Positions 1 to 13,011 of a DNA stretch of 64,000 nt are shown one piece after another (positions within the stretch are counted from its first letter, which is position 1; each line of letters starts with the position of its first letter). This DNA is from Octopus vulgaris (taxonomy: Eukaryota): positions 37,572,001 to 37,636,000 of the forward strand of contig OX597837.1 in assembly GCA_951406725.2 (NCBI GenBank), given 5' to 3'. Position numbers and translations under genes: made by a program. Under the pieces are notes generated by a model. It ran no database searches and was not told the origin of the DNA. It saw only the letters and a list, made by a program, of their open reading frames with translations.

Positions 1-974
1 ATTATTAGATTTTGGTTAAGGCTACAGAGAGAAAGGAAAACGATTTGGAATGATGACCGAGGAGGCATTTATTATTAAATGTTTAAAGGGAGAAATTTGA
101 CAAGACAATCAGACACCGGCTGACACTCGCTGACGATACATCGAAGAGGCCAGGGAACAGAAGAGAGAAGAAGAAAGAAGACATGCACCCAACACCAGAG
201 CTGAAGACACCTCCGAAAGGAGGAGGGGCACGTCAAAACGGTAGAGGAGTAGGGGCCGAAACCGGACATGGTTCCTCCTGATGATGTCTTGAGCTAACTG
301 GATCCTATAAAGGAGCTGTTGTGGTAGCAAACCACGAAACACGGTTGTAATTCCTCTGTCAAGGGGCGATGGATTGGCAGAAAAGTTAGAATGTCTTTGA
401 GTCGAAATTCCACCGTGGCCAACTTTACCTTTCATCGATCTTTTCAGGGTCGATAGTTTCGACAACCAATTTGCCTCAAAAATGTTTGGCCTTGTGCCTA
501 AACCAGAGGTAGCAGAATCGTTAGAGAATCAGACAAAGAAGAAAAACAAAAGAAAATGTTTTGCCGTATTCCTTGCGACTGTTTATAGATCTGAGTTCAA
601 ATTCCACCGTGGCCAACTTTACCTTTCATCCATCTTTTCCGGGTCGATAGTTTCGACAACCAATTTCCCCCAAAACTGTTGGCCTTATGCCTAAACCAGA
701 GGTAGCAGAATCGTTAGAGAATCAGACAAAGAAAAACAAAAAAATTGTTTTGCCGTATTCCTTACGACTGTTTATAGATCTGAGTTCAAATTCCGTCGGG
801 GTCAACTTTGCATTTCATAACATCTTTTGGGCATCTTTATAGATTAAAGTACGAGTGAAGTGAAGTACTGCCAAGTTTAGTGGTATCAACTAAAGCCCTT
901 CCGTTGCTGTTCGGAAATTGCTGTTCGTGTGTCTGCCTGAACCACGAGCCAACAATATCAAATGTTTATAACAA

Positions 975-1391
975 GGCGCAGGAGTGGCTGTGTGGTAAGT
1001 AGCTTGCTTACCAGCCACATGGTTCCGGGTTCAGTCCCACTGTGTTGCATCTTGGGCAAGTGTCTTCTGCTATAGCCAGCCCCGGGCCGACCAATGCCTT
1101 GTGAGTGGATTTGGTAGATGGAAACTGAAAGAAGCCCGTCGTATATATGTATATATATATATATATGTGTGTGTGTGTTTGTGTGTCTGTGTTTGTCCCC
1201 CTAGCATTGCTTGACAACCGATGCTGGTGTGTTTACGTCCCCGTTACTTAACGATTCGGCAAAAGAGACCGATAGAATAAGTACTGGGCTTACAAAAGAA
1301 TAAGTGCCGGGGTCGATTTGCTCGACTAAAGGCGGTGCTCCAGCATGGCCGCAGTCAAATGACTGAAACAAATAAAAGAGTAAAAGAGTAA
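975..1391 (+). mobile_element. SINE family A (tRNA-like head, internal TA/TG microsatellite, AAAAGAGT tail), full length
   Basis: A-box-like TGGCTGTGTGG and B-box-like GGTTCAGTCC. Near-identical copies recur at about 12597-13011(-), 18632-19350(-), 29192-29607(-), 36270-36650(-), 37700-38093(+), 44515-44800(+), 54607-54977(-), 55372-55690(+) and 58320-58515(-). Confidence 0.85.
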
Positions 1392-1515
1392 GAATATACA
1401 CACACATTTACTTACGTGTCAATGCACTAGCGCAAATATTTATACATATATATATATATATGTGTGTGTGCGTTCGTATTTATTTTATATATATGAAGTA
1501 TATTTAAAGTAAACA

Positions 1516-1897
1516 GCGGAAGTAACACTAGTTGTAGTAATGGTTTAATAATAATCAATAACAGCAGTTTTAAAAAAAATCTGGTATTATCTTTAAGTGT
1601 AGGGTGACATGCTACTTCTGTCGGGAGACTAAACAGAGCGATGAAGGTCAGCTGACGTCATAATCGCACTAACCCATGTGAGAGACAGAGAGAGGGAGGG
1701 AGACAGAGAGAGAGGAAGGGAGAGAGAGTGAGAGAGAGACAGAGCACTTAGACCTCCACACATCATAACAATACAAGGTGGGTTTGCAGATTTCTCCTCC
1801 GTTTTTCTTCTTCCTTTACTATCACTGCACCAATTTACTTTGGCGGGCTTCACTTTGTTTTCTTCTCTCGTCGTCCTCATTGCATTGCATATCTAAG
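1516..1897 (+). promoter_or_regulatory. Candidate promoter and non-coding first exon
   Basis: ETS-like GCGGAAGT (1516-1523), perfect CRE TGACGTCA (1653-1660), GA repeat, then donor-like AAG|GTAAAC at 1898, all in non-repetitive sequence. Motif evidence only. Confidence 0.35.
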
Positions 1898-1923
1898 GTA
1901 AACCAAACATTAAATACTTAACC

Positions 1924-1959
<36 letters not shown>

Positions 1960-2456
1960 AGCTTTTAACCTATTGCCTATTCAGTAATTGCATTTCTCTC
2001 TCTCTTTACACTTTTGTATTTTTCTCTCTCTCTCTTTACATTTTTAGTATTTCTCTCTCTCTCTGTATTCCTTAATCTATTTCTCTCTCTCTCTCTCTCT
2101 GTTTTCCTTAATCTATTTCTCTCTCTCTCTCTCTCTGTATTCCTTAATCTATTTCTCTCTCTCTCTCTCTCTCTGTTTTCCTTAATCTATTTCTCTCTCT
2201 CTCTCTCTCTGTTTTCCTTAATCTATTTCTCTCTCTCTCTGTTTTCCTTAATCTATTTCTCTCTCTATCTCTCTCTACTTCTCGGCATCTTTCTATCTGT
2301 CTGTCTCCTTCCATTCACTATTTCTTTTTCCCTCTCTCTCTCTCTTCTGTTAAAGTGCGCGAGTTTTAGATGCATATCAACTGGGAATCATGAATTTTTG
2401 TATATTCTCTATGTATATTGCTATAAATTGCAAAACCGTACGTTCATGTGAATGCA

Positions 2457-2507
<51 letters not shown>

Positions 2508-3035
2508 CATGTTAGGATAATATCTTTGTGTGTATACAAATCTAGTTTGCATATGTTTACATCTTATGTGTTTACTCTAAGCAACACACACATATGTGTG
2601 TGTTATGTCTAGCACGTTTGATTTATATTTTTCATGTAGATGCAGAGGCAATCTTTCGTTTTGACTCGACGATGCAAATTTGTATATACACAGCCAAGGT
2701 GCTTAATTAAAATTTTTATACACACACACAGACACACACACATATGCATACGTTTAATGTTGGCCCTAGGTAACTCAATACCACGGTGCAGATTAATAAT
2801 ATATTTTGGCAAAAGTCTGATCACGTTTTATATATTTTGCATATATATATATGTATGTATATATACTAAGTAATTAAGGGTTTAGCAACGATTTGCATCA
2901 CCCTTAATTACTTAGTATTACTTAAACCTTAATTACTTAGTATTACTTAAACCTTCCTCGAATGGGGCTTTTACATGCCGAAATCTACTTGGTGAAATTA
3001 ATGATTATTCCAAATTAATTAATTTCACCCTATAT

Positions 3036-3078
<43 letters not shown>

Positions 3079-3158
3079 CTAGTTTGTATATGTTTACAGT
3101 CTAATATACTTTTCTTAAATTGCTTATATACATGTAATATACAATGTTTGTGTGTATG

Positions 3159-3193
<35 letters not shown>

Positions 3194-3364
3194 CTTATAG
3201 TGAATTATTTTTTAGTATACATTGTCTGGGAGAGTTTTCTTCTAGTAGAGGAAATAGGTAAGATTTTTTTGGCTGCTATTTCTAAAAGTTCGGTGTGTGG
3301 CAAAGTAAATTATTTTACTAAACCCTAATTATATATATATATATATATAATTTTACTGAACCCC

Positions 3365-3398
<34 letters not shown>

Positions 3399-3768
3399 CA
3401 GTGTGTGCATATGAACGCACTTGCTTATATATTTCAATATATTTAATGCCTAATATGTTGTTGTGTATGATATATGTAGTTATACACACACACATATACA
3501 CACGATGACTGTTCGACATGTCCTCCTATATAGGCTGTTGGTGCAGTCGTCCAAATAATGTGTGAATATGAAAAAACAAAACTAACAGTTAACACTCAGC
3601 AATTTCTGCCTCACGCCCTGACTCTAATTCACCACGCGTCAAATTGGGAATTGTGCCACTTCAAATTTCTCACTTAACGCTATCTACCTACCTACCTAGA
3701 TACCTACATACATATATATATGTATATATATATATACATATATATATGTATATATATATATACATATA

Positions 3769-3824
<56 letters not shown>

Positions 3825-3937
3825 GGTGTCTGTACTCACGTATAATTATTTATATATGCATGTATATATACATGTAGATGTAGGTACGTACATATATGTT
3901 TGTATGTATGCATATATGTTTGTATGTATGCATATAT

Positions 3938-3995
<58 letters not shown>

Positions 3996-4099
3996 ATTAG
4001 AAGAAATGAGGTACTCAGAAAATCGGATGGTTTATATTTACAGATATTTATTTGTATATTACATTTTTTTACATATATATCATATAACTTAGATCGTGT

Positions 4100-4136
4100 A
4101 TTAGCGCTTTCTCCCATTCTAGTGGGGTTTTCAAAT
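4100..4136 (-). ncRNA. Minimal hammerhead-like motif with U3/A8 core, in a Penelope-like remnant (about 3998-4205)
   Basis: Reverse complement: at-TTGAAAA-c-ccca(ctagaa)tggg-a-GAAA-gcgc-TA-at; palindromic AGCGCT stem III; stem I only 2 bp; AATAAA downstream on the same strand. Confidence 0.45.
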
Positions 4137-6543
4137 CAAACTAATGTTCCAGTGTGAGGAGTTTTGACCATTTTATAGTGGTATTGAGTTTGTGATGGTG
4201 GGGAAGAATATGACATATATGTATATATATATATCACCCTGTCTGTCTCTCTCCCTCTCTTCCTAATGCTACAAATTATGTTACAAGCACTTGGCTGTAA
4301 CCCATTTTCATTGATCACACAGGCTTGAAGGAGCCAACAGGGAGAGCTCTAAGGTGGTCGCTCGGCCTGCTAGACAGAGTAGCCAAATCCGCCTCAAAGC
4401 ATACCATATCTTAATTATAGAAATGGCTACATTTCTACAATCTAGTTAGTCCTACAGAACTTTCAAAGATGGGATGGTCACAGTTGGTGTGTCTTGCGTT
4501 GTATGTCTGCTAAACCAGTAACCTAAAATGAAACAGCAAAACTGCTAAGGATTCGACTAAGAGCATCTATAGGACCATTAGAAACAGTAAAAATTTTTTA
4601 TTGAAATCATATGCAGTCGTCTTTTAAAAAAATTAAACGTACTGTGTAGTCTGAGCAAGGCGGGGTGGCCACGGTGAGAACGCTTTTGATAATAGGTCTG
4701 TTCAGTCAGGCTGTCCTAGTGTTATACAACCAGCGCTTCGACTTTTGGACCTTTGCAGCTGTTCCCTTTGCATTTTGTGTCTTTGAAGTTTCCTTTTAAA
4801 GAATTTGGTTGGTTTTGATCCTTTATATTCTTAATGAAAAGGGGCGAGTCTTGTGATTGCCACAGCCCGAGCGTACGAAGGAATCTCAAATGACAGGGGT
4901 TGACTAAGTGGTTAATATTGACCCTTGGAGGGGGCTAAGGTGGAAGTCGATAAACACCTGAAATTAAGGATGTTGAATTTTTAGCAACCCTTTTTTTTTT
5001 TTTTAACGCGAATAACATTTTTTAAATATTTCTTTTTAAAAAGCTGTAATGACAACGAAAGAATTATTGTTTTTAAACCAAGAAATTATTTGTTAAGTAT
5101 ACTTGTTAAAAATTTTGTTTTAGAAATTTGCAAGATGGGGGTCGATAATTTATTAACGATTCCGTGAAGCTGTCCATTAAATGTCAAGGAGCAGGCGTGG
5201 CCGTTTGGTAAGAAGGTTGCTTCCCAACCACATGGTTCCGAGTTCAGTCCCATTGCGTGGCACCTTGGGCTAGTGTCTTCTACTATATAGCCATGGGCCG
5301 ATCAAGACCTTGTGAGTGGATTTGATAGACGGAAACTGAAAGAAGCCCGTCGCGTATCTGTGGGTGTTTTGCGTCTGTGTTCCCCCCTACCACTTGACAA
5401 CCAGTGTTGTTTTGTTTACGTCCCTGTAACTTAGCGGTCCGGCAAAAGAGACCGATAGAATAAATATCAGGCTTTAAACCATCAGCCTGTCTGTCCATGT
5501 CTCTCCCTCTCTTTCTAATGCTACAATTATGTTACAAGCACTTGGCTGTAACCCATTTTCATTGATCACAGGCTTGAAGGAGCCACGGGGAGAGTTCTAA
5601 GGTGGTTGCTCGGCCTGCTAGACAGAGTAGCCAAATCCGCCTCAAAGCATACCATATCTTAAATATAGAAATGGCTACTGGAGTCCATTCATTCGATTAA
5701 AAATTCTTCAAGACGATGCCCCAGTATGGCCGCAGTCTAATGATTGAAGCAAATAAAAGACATGATAAATACTTTTTGATATTCTTTTAGAAATTTGCAT
5801 GCCATGGGGTCGATAACCTATCAACGATTCCACAAAGAGGGTCCAACGATACAAGAAGTTTGCCGATCTCTGCTCTACAGATCTTGAGCAGGATGCGTTG
5901 AATAACCTCGTCCTGGGTGATTTGCACGTAAGACACCGAAGGAGTGGTCACAGCTGGGACGTCTCTGATCATTGGTCAGCTCGATCAGGACTAACAGTTA
6001 TGGGTCGGTGGGTGAGTGGCTATAAGACAACAACCACCGTGTCACTGACCAAACACTACTACCATCGAGGTCGGTCGACTTGCTAGACATAACAGCCAGT
6101 CGAGCTCCTCCAATAAAAATCTCCGTCGTATTAAAAAGAAGGAAGGACGTATTTGGTAATATAGTTCTAAATACCAATAAAAAAAGGGGAGGTGGTCATG
6201 GTTAGAGTTAGTTTGATCATAGGTGTGTTTGACGAGGTTTGACCTAGGGCGGATCAGTCACATGTACCTTTTGACTTAATTGTTTAGGCCGAGTCAGCAT
6301 GACACTTTGGACCTACCGACATCTACCAGTTTCCTTCCAGCTAATTTCATTATCTGAGGTTTTATGGTTATATATTATCATAAAGCGCGTCGAACAAAAT
6401 GCTTAGCGACATTTCTTTCACCTCTTTCCGTTCTGAGAGCAAGTTCCGCCGAGGTCGACTTAGCCTTTCATCCTTTCAATGTCGATGGACGAGTAAAAAA
6501 GAAAAAAAAAAAAAAGGGCCCAGTTTAACATTAGGGTCTATGT

Positions 6544-6722
6544 CAGTGCTTTTCAAACTTTTTGCTGGAGCTGAACCCCAAGGCAACATTCCACTGGTTC
6601 GAGGAACACCTGTGCAATAATTTGATAGTCTTATGCACACATATCTGCACAGGAGACTTAAAAATTACTGCCGATTTTAGCAGTTTTGTAACTTCTTGCG
6701 GAACCCTCGTTGAAAACCACTG
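6544..6722. mobile_element. hAT-type MITE, 179 bp
   Basis: TIRs CAGTGCTTTTCAA / TTGAAAACCACTG; perfect 8-bp TSD GTCTATGT (6536-6543, 6723-6730); inserted in a SINE B copy. Confidence 0.9.
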
Positions 6723-6844
6723 GTCTATGTAATCGAATTCCCTTAAAATTCTGGCCTTGTGCCAAATTTGGAAAGAATTATTTTATATTTCTGATTCTTA
6801 CTGGGTAACTGTGAATTGATTTAGTGGGCGGAAGCAGAAAGAAG

Positions 6845-6879
<35 letters not shown>

Positions 6880-7461
6880 TGTCCTTCCTTCCTTCCTTCC
6901 TTCCTTCCTTCACCACACCATGACAACAGGTTTAAGATAATTTACGTCCCCGTAACCTAGCGGTTCAGCAAAAGCAAAAAAAAAAAACCCTATGGAAAGA
7001 GTACCAGGTTCGGGTGCGGAGAAGTACCGGGGTCGATTTGTTCGACTAAACTTTCAAGGCATGCCCCACCCAGGATGATCGTAGTCTTACGAGGGAACCT
7101 AGATGAAAGATGTATGGAATTATTTCTGACTCATGGAAACTTTAAGCAACTGTATGTGCTAACATACGTTCCTGTTTGGCCGGGACTATCCCGATTTGAA
7201 GAATCTCTTCCGGTATTCCGTCCTGTTATAAAAACGTAACCGAAATATCCCAGAATATCTTGGAATGTCCTGGTTATGGATCAGTGACTTAATTTTAAGG
7301 GGAAAAAATCTAATCTAAAACTGTTGAAACCCTCAAGGAGTCCCAGCCCAGTCGTGGTCATCTAACAACTAACAAACATGACCGTATTTATAGCTCAGTC
7401 TAAATCCTGGACACTGTGACCTTTACTAGACGTCCATTGGGTGTGTGATGTACCCCAGCTC

Positions 7462-7692
7462 GCGGCGAGCTGGCAGAAACGTTAGCACGCCGGGCGAAAT
7501 GCTAAGCAGTATTTCGTCTGCCGTTACGTTCTGAGTTCAAATTCCGCCGAGGTCGACTTTGCCTTTCATCCTTTCGGGGTCGATTAAATAAGTACCAGTT
7601 ACGCACTGGGGTCGATATAATCGACTTAATCCGTTTGTCTGTCCTTGTTTGTCCCTTCTGTGTTTAGCCCCTTGTGGGTAGTAAAGAAATAG
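7462..7692 (+). mobile_element. SINE family B monomer (GGCGAGCTGGCAGAA head; GCCTTTCATCCTTTCGGGGTCGAT core; CCCCTTGTGGGTAGTAAAGAAATA tail)
   Basis: B-box-like GAGTTCAAATT. Many copies: 8227-8543, 10830-10980(-), 11536-11946, 16049-16638, 33207-33590, 41390-42097(-), 43692-44070, 48965-49193(-). Confidence 0.85.
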
Positions 7693-8776
7693 GTATTGTA
7701 GTTTAAAGATATTTTGCTCATCCCTGAAATCTGGGATTTATAATGACTTACTCCCCGAATCCAGAATACGTTATATAATTAATAAAAATTCACGGTTTTC
7801 CTACTTTTATGAATAGGTGCCGAAGTAGACTCTTAACTCTGTGGCTGTTCAAAGTTCAGAATCTTATTTATTATATGAAGTACAAAGCAAAAATAGGAAA
7901 ATTAAATTATAGAAGTTCTTTATACAGGCATCTATATATATATATGATAGCTATAATTTAAAGGTTCTGGTCAGTTTGAGTTTAAGAACTTATGGTATCT
8001 GTCTGGGATATTTTCCTTTTGAACGGCAGTTTGTAACATAATTTCTAGGTAAGTAAAAAGTTTTAAACTTCGTATACTGGTAGAATGTGTTTATAAAACA
8101 TCATTTTCTCTTGATTTTATTGAGAAAATTCTATAGTTTGTAAGATATTTCGTCTGAAAATCCGAGCATTTCGGCAATTTTAAGATCCTCTGTCTGTCTA
8201 TCAATGTCTGTATATCTATCATATATACTTTGCCTTTCATCCTTTCGAGGTCGATAAATTAAGTACCAGTTAAGCACTGGGTCGATATAATCGACTTAAT
8301 CCGTTTGTCTGTCCTTGTTTGTCCCCTCTGTGTTTAGCCCCTTGAGGGTAGTAAAGAAATAGGTATTTCGCCTGCCGCTACGTTCTGAGTTCGAATTCCG
8401 CCGAGGTTGACTTTGCCTTTCATCCTTTCGGGATCGATAAATTAAGTACCAGTTATGCACTGGGTCGACATAATCGACTTAATCCGTTTGTCTGTCCTTG
8501 TTTGTCCCCTCCGTGTTTAGCCCCTTGAGGGTAGTAAAGAAATACATATCTATCATATATATACACATATATACATACACACATATAAATGCACGCAATA
8601 TACGTACACATATACATACACACAATTAGATAAAGAAGTTTTGATGAGCATAAAGATACATAATCGGATTGTTAGCTAACACTCCATTGTATTCCTTGCG
8701 CGGAACCGATTGGCAAGTCCAGCAGTGATAATACTATATACTTCGGATAATATTACATACACACTATATATATATA

Positions 8777-9286
8777 TCTATATATATAAAACTCTAGTTG
8801 TGTGAGTGTCTGTCCCCTTCGATTTAGATTCCTAACTCCTCCCACATTTTGCGGTGCAGTTTAACCAAATTCGGGTATCTTATAGTCGTGATTCATATCG
8901 AGCCCGTCTGGCTATTAGCGCGCGTCTACGATGAGTCGACGATTTAAAAAATAATTTAACATCATTTTTTATTCCATTTTAATGCATAATTTTTCGTGTC
9001 GATGGCGGCGGAGTTGGCGTCCATGGTCACAGCTGCACCTGTTTGCTTCTCCCCCTTCTTCCCTCCCTCGTGAAGCTGTGGGGAAGGGAGTGTAAGGAAA
9101 TCAACGTCGTAAAGCGTTGTCAAGGAGACCAGCGTTCTTTTAGAACAACGACTTCATGGCTTGAAGACACCAAAACAGAAATGGCTAAGAAAGCCCGAAT
9201 TGGCATCTATAAGGGAAGTAACTCTCTAAAAATGCTTATATAGTTATTTCCCTTACAAACCCGAGCAATGCCGGGCGATACTGCTA
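8777..9286 (+). mobile_element. Non-autonomous Helitron
   Basis: 5' TCTATATATATAAAA; 3' hairpin CCCGAGCAATGCCGGG (9260-9275) followed by CTGCTA. Confidence 0.7.
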
Positions 9287-9970
9287 TATATACATATGCA
9301 TACATACACACTTATATACACACGTGCGTGTTGTGTGAAAATGAGAGAGAGGCGTGTAATGAATGGAATTTTTCTGAACTGTATAAACCCATCAACATCT
9401 CTTTGTGAAAGGAAGTGGTTACAATTGGGTCGCAGTCACCATTATTTAATCGCTGCTTTTGTTGTCTCTGACAGTCCAGGTTCGTTTTTTACCAAAAACA
9501 ATCCCATTTTTAACACTTTCTCTTCAACTTTAAGCGACGACATTAAGGAGTTGGATGTTAACCTCTTCGTCTTTCTTTTTCTTTTGTATTTTCGAGGGAA
9601 AGTTCGCTGTTATTTCTAGCCTCTCGGGTGACCACTCCATGTTAATTTAACAAAGATATCAGTCACACAAAAAAACTCCCAAAAAATCGTTAAATATTTC
9701 AAGATAAAAAATATTTAAAATATTTTTTAAAACTTTTCTAAATCTGTCTTATAAACATTTTAAAACTTACTTTTAATCATGTTTTCATCTCATGTACACT
9801 CTTAAGGTTACAAAAAGAAAAAAAAAAGCATCTAGCTCTATACAATTTTCATGGAGGGAGAGATTTGACTGCTATTTCTAGCTTGTCGAGTGACCACACG
9901 AAGACCCTGTAGGTATCCGAAGTAGGCGTAAAGTGAAAGAAGAATTAATAATAAAAGTAAAAAAAAAAAT

Positions 9971-10099
9971 CAGTGACGTAGCCCAGGTAACCAGCCCCGG
10001 GGGGGCGAGGCTAGTATCGTGGGCTGGGATGCTATGTCTTACTACTAATTTTGCATCGAGGACGACCATCCCCGTGGTCCCGCCCACGCTACGCCTCTG
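9971..10099. mobile_element. Short hAT-like TIR element
   Basis: CAGTGACGTAGC ... GCTACGCCTCTG; no TSD seen. Confidence 0.4.
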
Positions 10100-10288
10100 G
10101 CAGAATTAAGTAGGTGTCATTTGAGAAGCGAATCAGTTTAGTTTGGTGAGCTACGAAGTTGGACTGTCGCCTGAGTAAGAATCTCTAGGAAGAACCGAAT
10201 AGCAGAAGGCCTTCAGAGAGGAACCTCTCCCTTCTCCGTCATCCTATGTAAGTGTTTAGGTCCTTAATCTATGTAATATACAACATTT

Positions 10289-10462
10289 GGCAATCTTTCG
10301 TCTCTAGTAGACCTTTCCGTCGATTTCAGTAAAAATTTTTTTTTTTTTTACATATGGGCTTGCGGGAACTTTTGAAGTAATGAGAGCGAAAGAGACTAAG
10401 AGAAAGCGATTGTATGACGAAGGAAGTTCTTTTGAAGTTACCGTGCATGGGAAGCATTGATG

Positions 10463-10502
<40 letters not shown>

Positions 10503-10729
10503 ATGGGGTGTGGGAGACAGACAGTATGTTGTGTAAGTGAAGTGCTTCTGTTAGTGTGTGTGAAGAGACAGAGAGAGTAATGTGTGAAGGAAAGAGATAA
10601 CTGAAAATTTTTACTCGGTGTATGTGTATATGTATGTATATTACTTCAAAAGTTCCCGCAAGCCCATATGTAAAAAAAAATTTTTTTACGGAAATCGACG
10701 GAAAGGTCTACTAGAGACGAAAGATCGGC
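10289..10729. mobile_element. MITE with ~90-bp TIRs and CAACATTT target duplication
   Basis: 10293-10381 is the reverse complement of 10640-10725; CAACATTT at 10281-10288 and 10730-10737. Confidence 0.85.
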
Positions 10730-10980
10730 CAACATTTTATACATGTGCAGTAGAAATTACGAATGCTTTTCTGTTTATGACTAATAATCTACGTTCGTGC
10801 CAAGCAGGCATTTGACTTGTATAAATTTAATTCTTTATTGCCCACAAGGGGCTAAACACAAAGAGGACAAACAATGACAGACAAAGGGACTAAGTCGGTT
10901 ACATCGACCCCAGTGCGTAACTGGTACTTATTTAATCGATCCCCGAAAGGATGAAAGGCAAAGTCGACCTCGTCGGAATT

Positions 10981-11215
10981 TAGCGAATAATGGTCCCGGT
11001 GCGCGCATCCGCGCTAGCTAGTCGTGACTAGTCGATCCTACAACGACTACCTGGCAAAGTAAATAAAACACAAAAATAATTTTTTTTACACAAAAATACA
11101 AAGTAAATAATTTTTTAAACAAAGTAAATAACACAAAAACACAAAGTAAGTATCGACTAGTCATGACTAGCTAGCGCAAGTACGCGCGTGCGAGCACCGG
11201 GACCACTGTTCGCTA
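10981..11215. mobile_element. CpG-rich fold-back MITE with TA ends
   Basis: TAGCGAATAATGGTCCCGGTGC...GCACCGGGACCACTGTTCGCTA; inner arms GCGCTAGCTAGTCGTGACTAGTCGAT / ATCGACTAGTCATGACTAGCTAGCGC; A-rich spacer. Confidence 0.85.
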
Positions 11216-11535
11216 GTAGTACCTAAATCCAATTGCTATCCGTATGTTTTATACACAACACATATATGCATTTATGAATAATAAATACCCGTGTTTGAAA
11301 CACCATAAGGTTATCACATAATTTTATACAAGCTTATAACTTGACGCTATTTATTGATGTACAGCCCTAAGACAGCCACTCTGAGCAGTACCAATAATCA
11401 AAGATGTTCCAGCTGTGACCATTCTCTTACTTGTTTCAGTCGTTTGGCTGCGGCCATTCTGGAGCACTATTTGTTTTTCAAGACCGAATTTTAGAATAGC
11501 TTTCACTCGTGGTCCTATACTTTATGGGAAAGGAA

Positions 11536-11946
11536 GGCGGCGAGCTGGCTGAACCGTTAGCACGCCAGACGAAATGCGTAGCCGTATTTCGTTTGCCGTT
11601 ACGTTCTGGGTTCAAATTCCGCCGAGGTCGACTTTGCCTTTCATCCTTTCGAGGTCGATAAATTAAGTACCAGTTACGCACTGGGGTCGATGTAATCGAC
11701 TTAATTTGTTTGTCTGTCTTTGTTTGTCCCCTCTGTGTTTAGCCCCTTGTGGGTAGTAAAGAAATAGGTATTTCGTCTGCCGCTACGGTCTGAGTTCAAA
11801 TTCCGCCGAAGTCGACTTTGCCTTTCATCCTTTCGAGGTCGATAAATTAAGTACCAGTTATGCACTGGGGTCGATGTAATCGACTTAATTCGTTTGACTG
11901 TCCTTGTTTGTCCCCTCTATGATTAGCCCCTTGTGGGTAATAAAGA
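11536..11946 (+). mobile_element. SINE family B dimer
   Basis: Same junction at 11767. Confidence 0.85.
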
Positions 11947-12596
11947 AGCATATACTTTATGGGGAAGGAGAAGAGTAAGATCTTTTTTGTTTTAATATTG
12001 CTGTGTTTCTTTCACTCATCAGAAAGAACAATTCCAAAAATGTCAGTTTTTAAAAACATTTTTGGCTCTCCCCTCTCACTTCTACACCCTTTTCATCTTT
12101 CATATATTTCAAAACTCCGCCATTTTTTCTTTATAGGCACAGTTTATCACACTACTAATGAGTTCTTCCTATATTTTTTTTTAAAAAGATAGTACTGTAT
12201 CAATCGCCGGAGATTTGACTGCTATTTCTAACAGTCACAGAGCATAGAGAGCCTCTGTTTCTGGCTCATATATATCAACATTTTAACATCCGTTTTCCAT
12301 GCTGGCATGGGTTGGACGGTTCCACAGGAACTGTTAAGTCAGAAGATTACAGCTATCCTTGCTGTCTGCTTTGGCATGGTTTCTATGGCTGGGTGCCCTT
12401 CCTAACGCCAACCACTTTACTAAAGTGTACTGGGTGCTTTTTTTTTTTTTTTCATTGCACCAGCAGCATTGAGGTTGCCAAGTAGCTTGCAAGACAAAAC
12501 CCTGCAACTGAGGAAATGGGGGGGGGTAGTATCGGGGGACAAACAGATAAAGGAGTTTTGTATTAGAGAGGGAAACACACACACACACACACACAT

Positions 12597-12805
12597 ACTC
12601 TCTCTCTTTACTCTCTTTTACTTGTTTCAGTCATTTGACTGCGGCCATGCTGGAGCACCGCCTTTAGTCGAGCAAATCGACCCCGGGACTTATTCTTTGT
12701 AAGCCTAGTACTTATTCTATCAGTCTCTTTTGCCGAACTGCTAAGTCACGGGGATGTAAACACACCAGCATCGGTTGTCAAGCGATGCTAGGGAGACAAA
12801 CACAG

Positions 12806-12840
<35 letters not shown>

Positions 12841-13011
12841 CATATATACGACGGGCTTCTTTCAGTTTCCGTCTACCAAATCCACACACAAGGCATTGGT
12901 CGGCCCGGGGCTATAGTAGAAGACACCTGCCCAAGATGCCATGTAGTGGGACTGAACCCGGAACCATGTGGTTGGTAAGCAAGCTACCTACCACACAGCC
13001 ACTCCTGCGCC
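12597..13011 (-). mobile_element. SINE family A, full length
   Basis: Reverse complement of the 975-1391 element over its whole length. Confidence 0.85.

Noticed and set aside
195-290. Hammerhead-like pieces (CTGAAGA, GAAAcc...ggTT, CTGATGA)
   Set aside because: The order and pairing do not assemble into a type I, II or III fold; the region looks like a minus-strand retroelement 3' UTR.
2864-3030. Hairpins and a GCC-GAAA motif suggesting another hammerhead
   Set aside because: Core CUGANGA is absent and stem I does not pair; treated as an AT-rich local inverted duplication.
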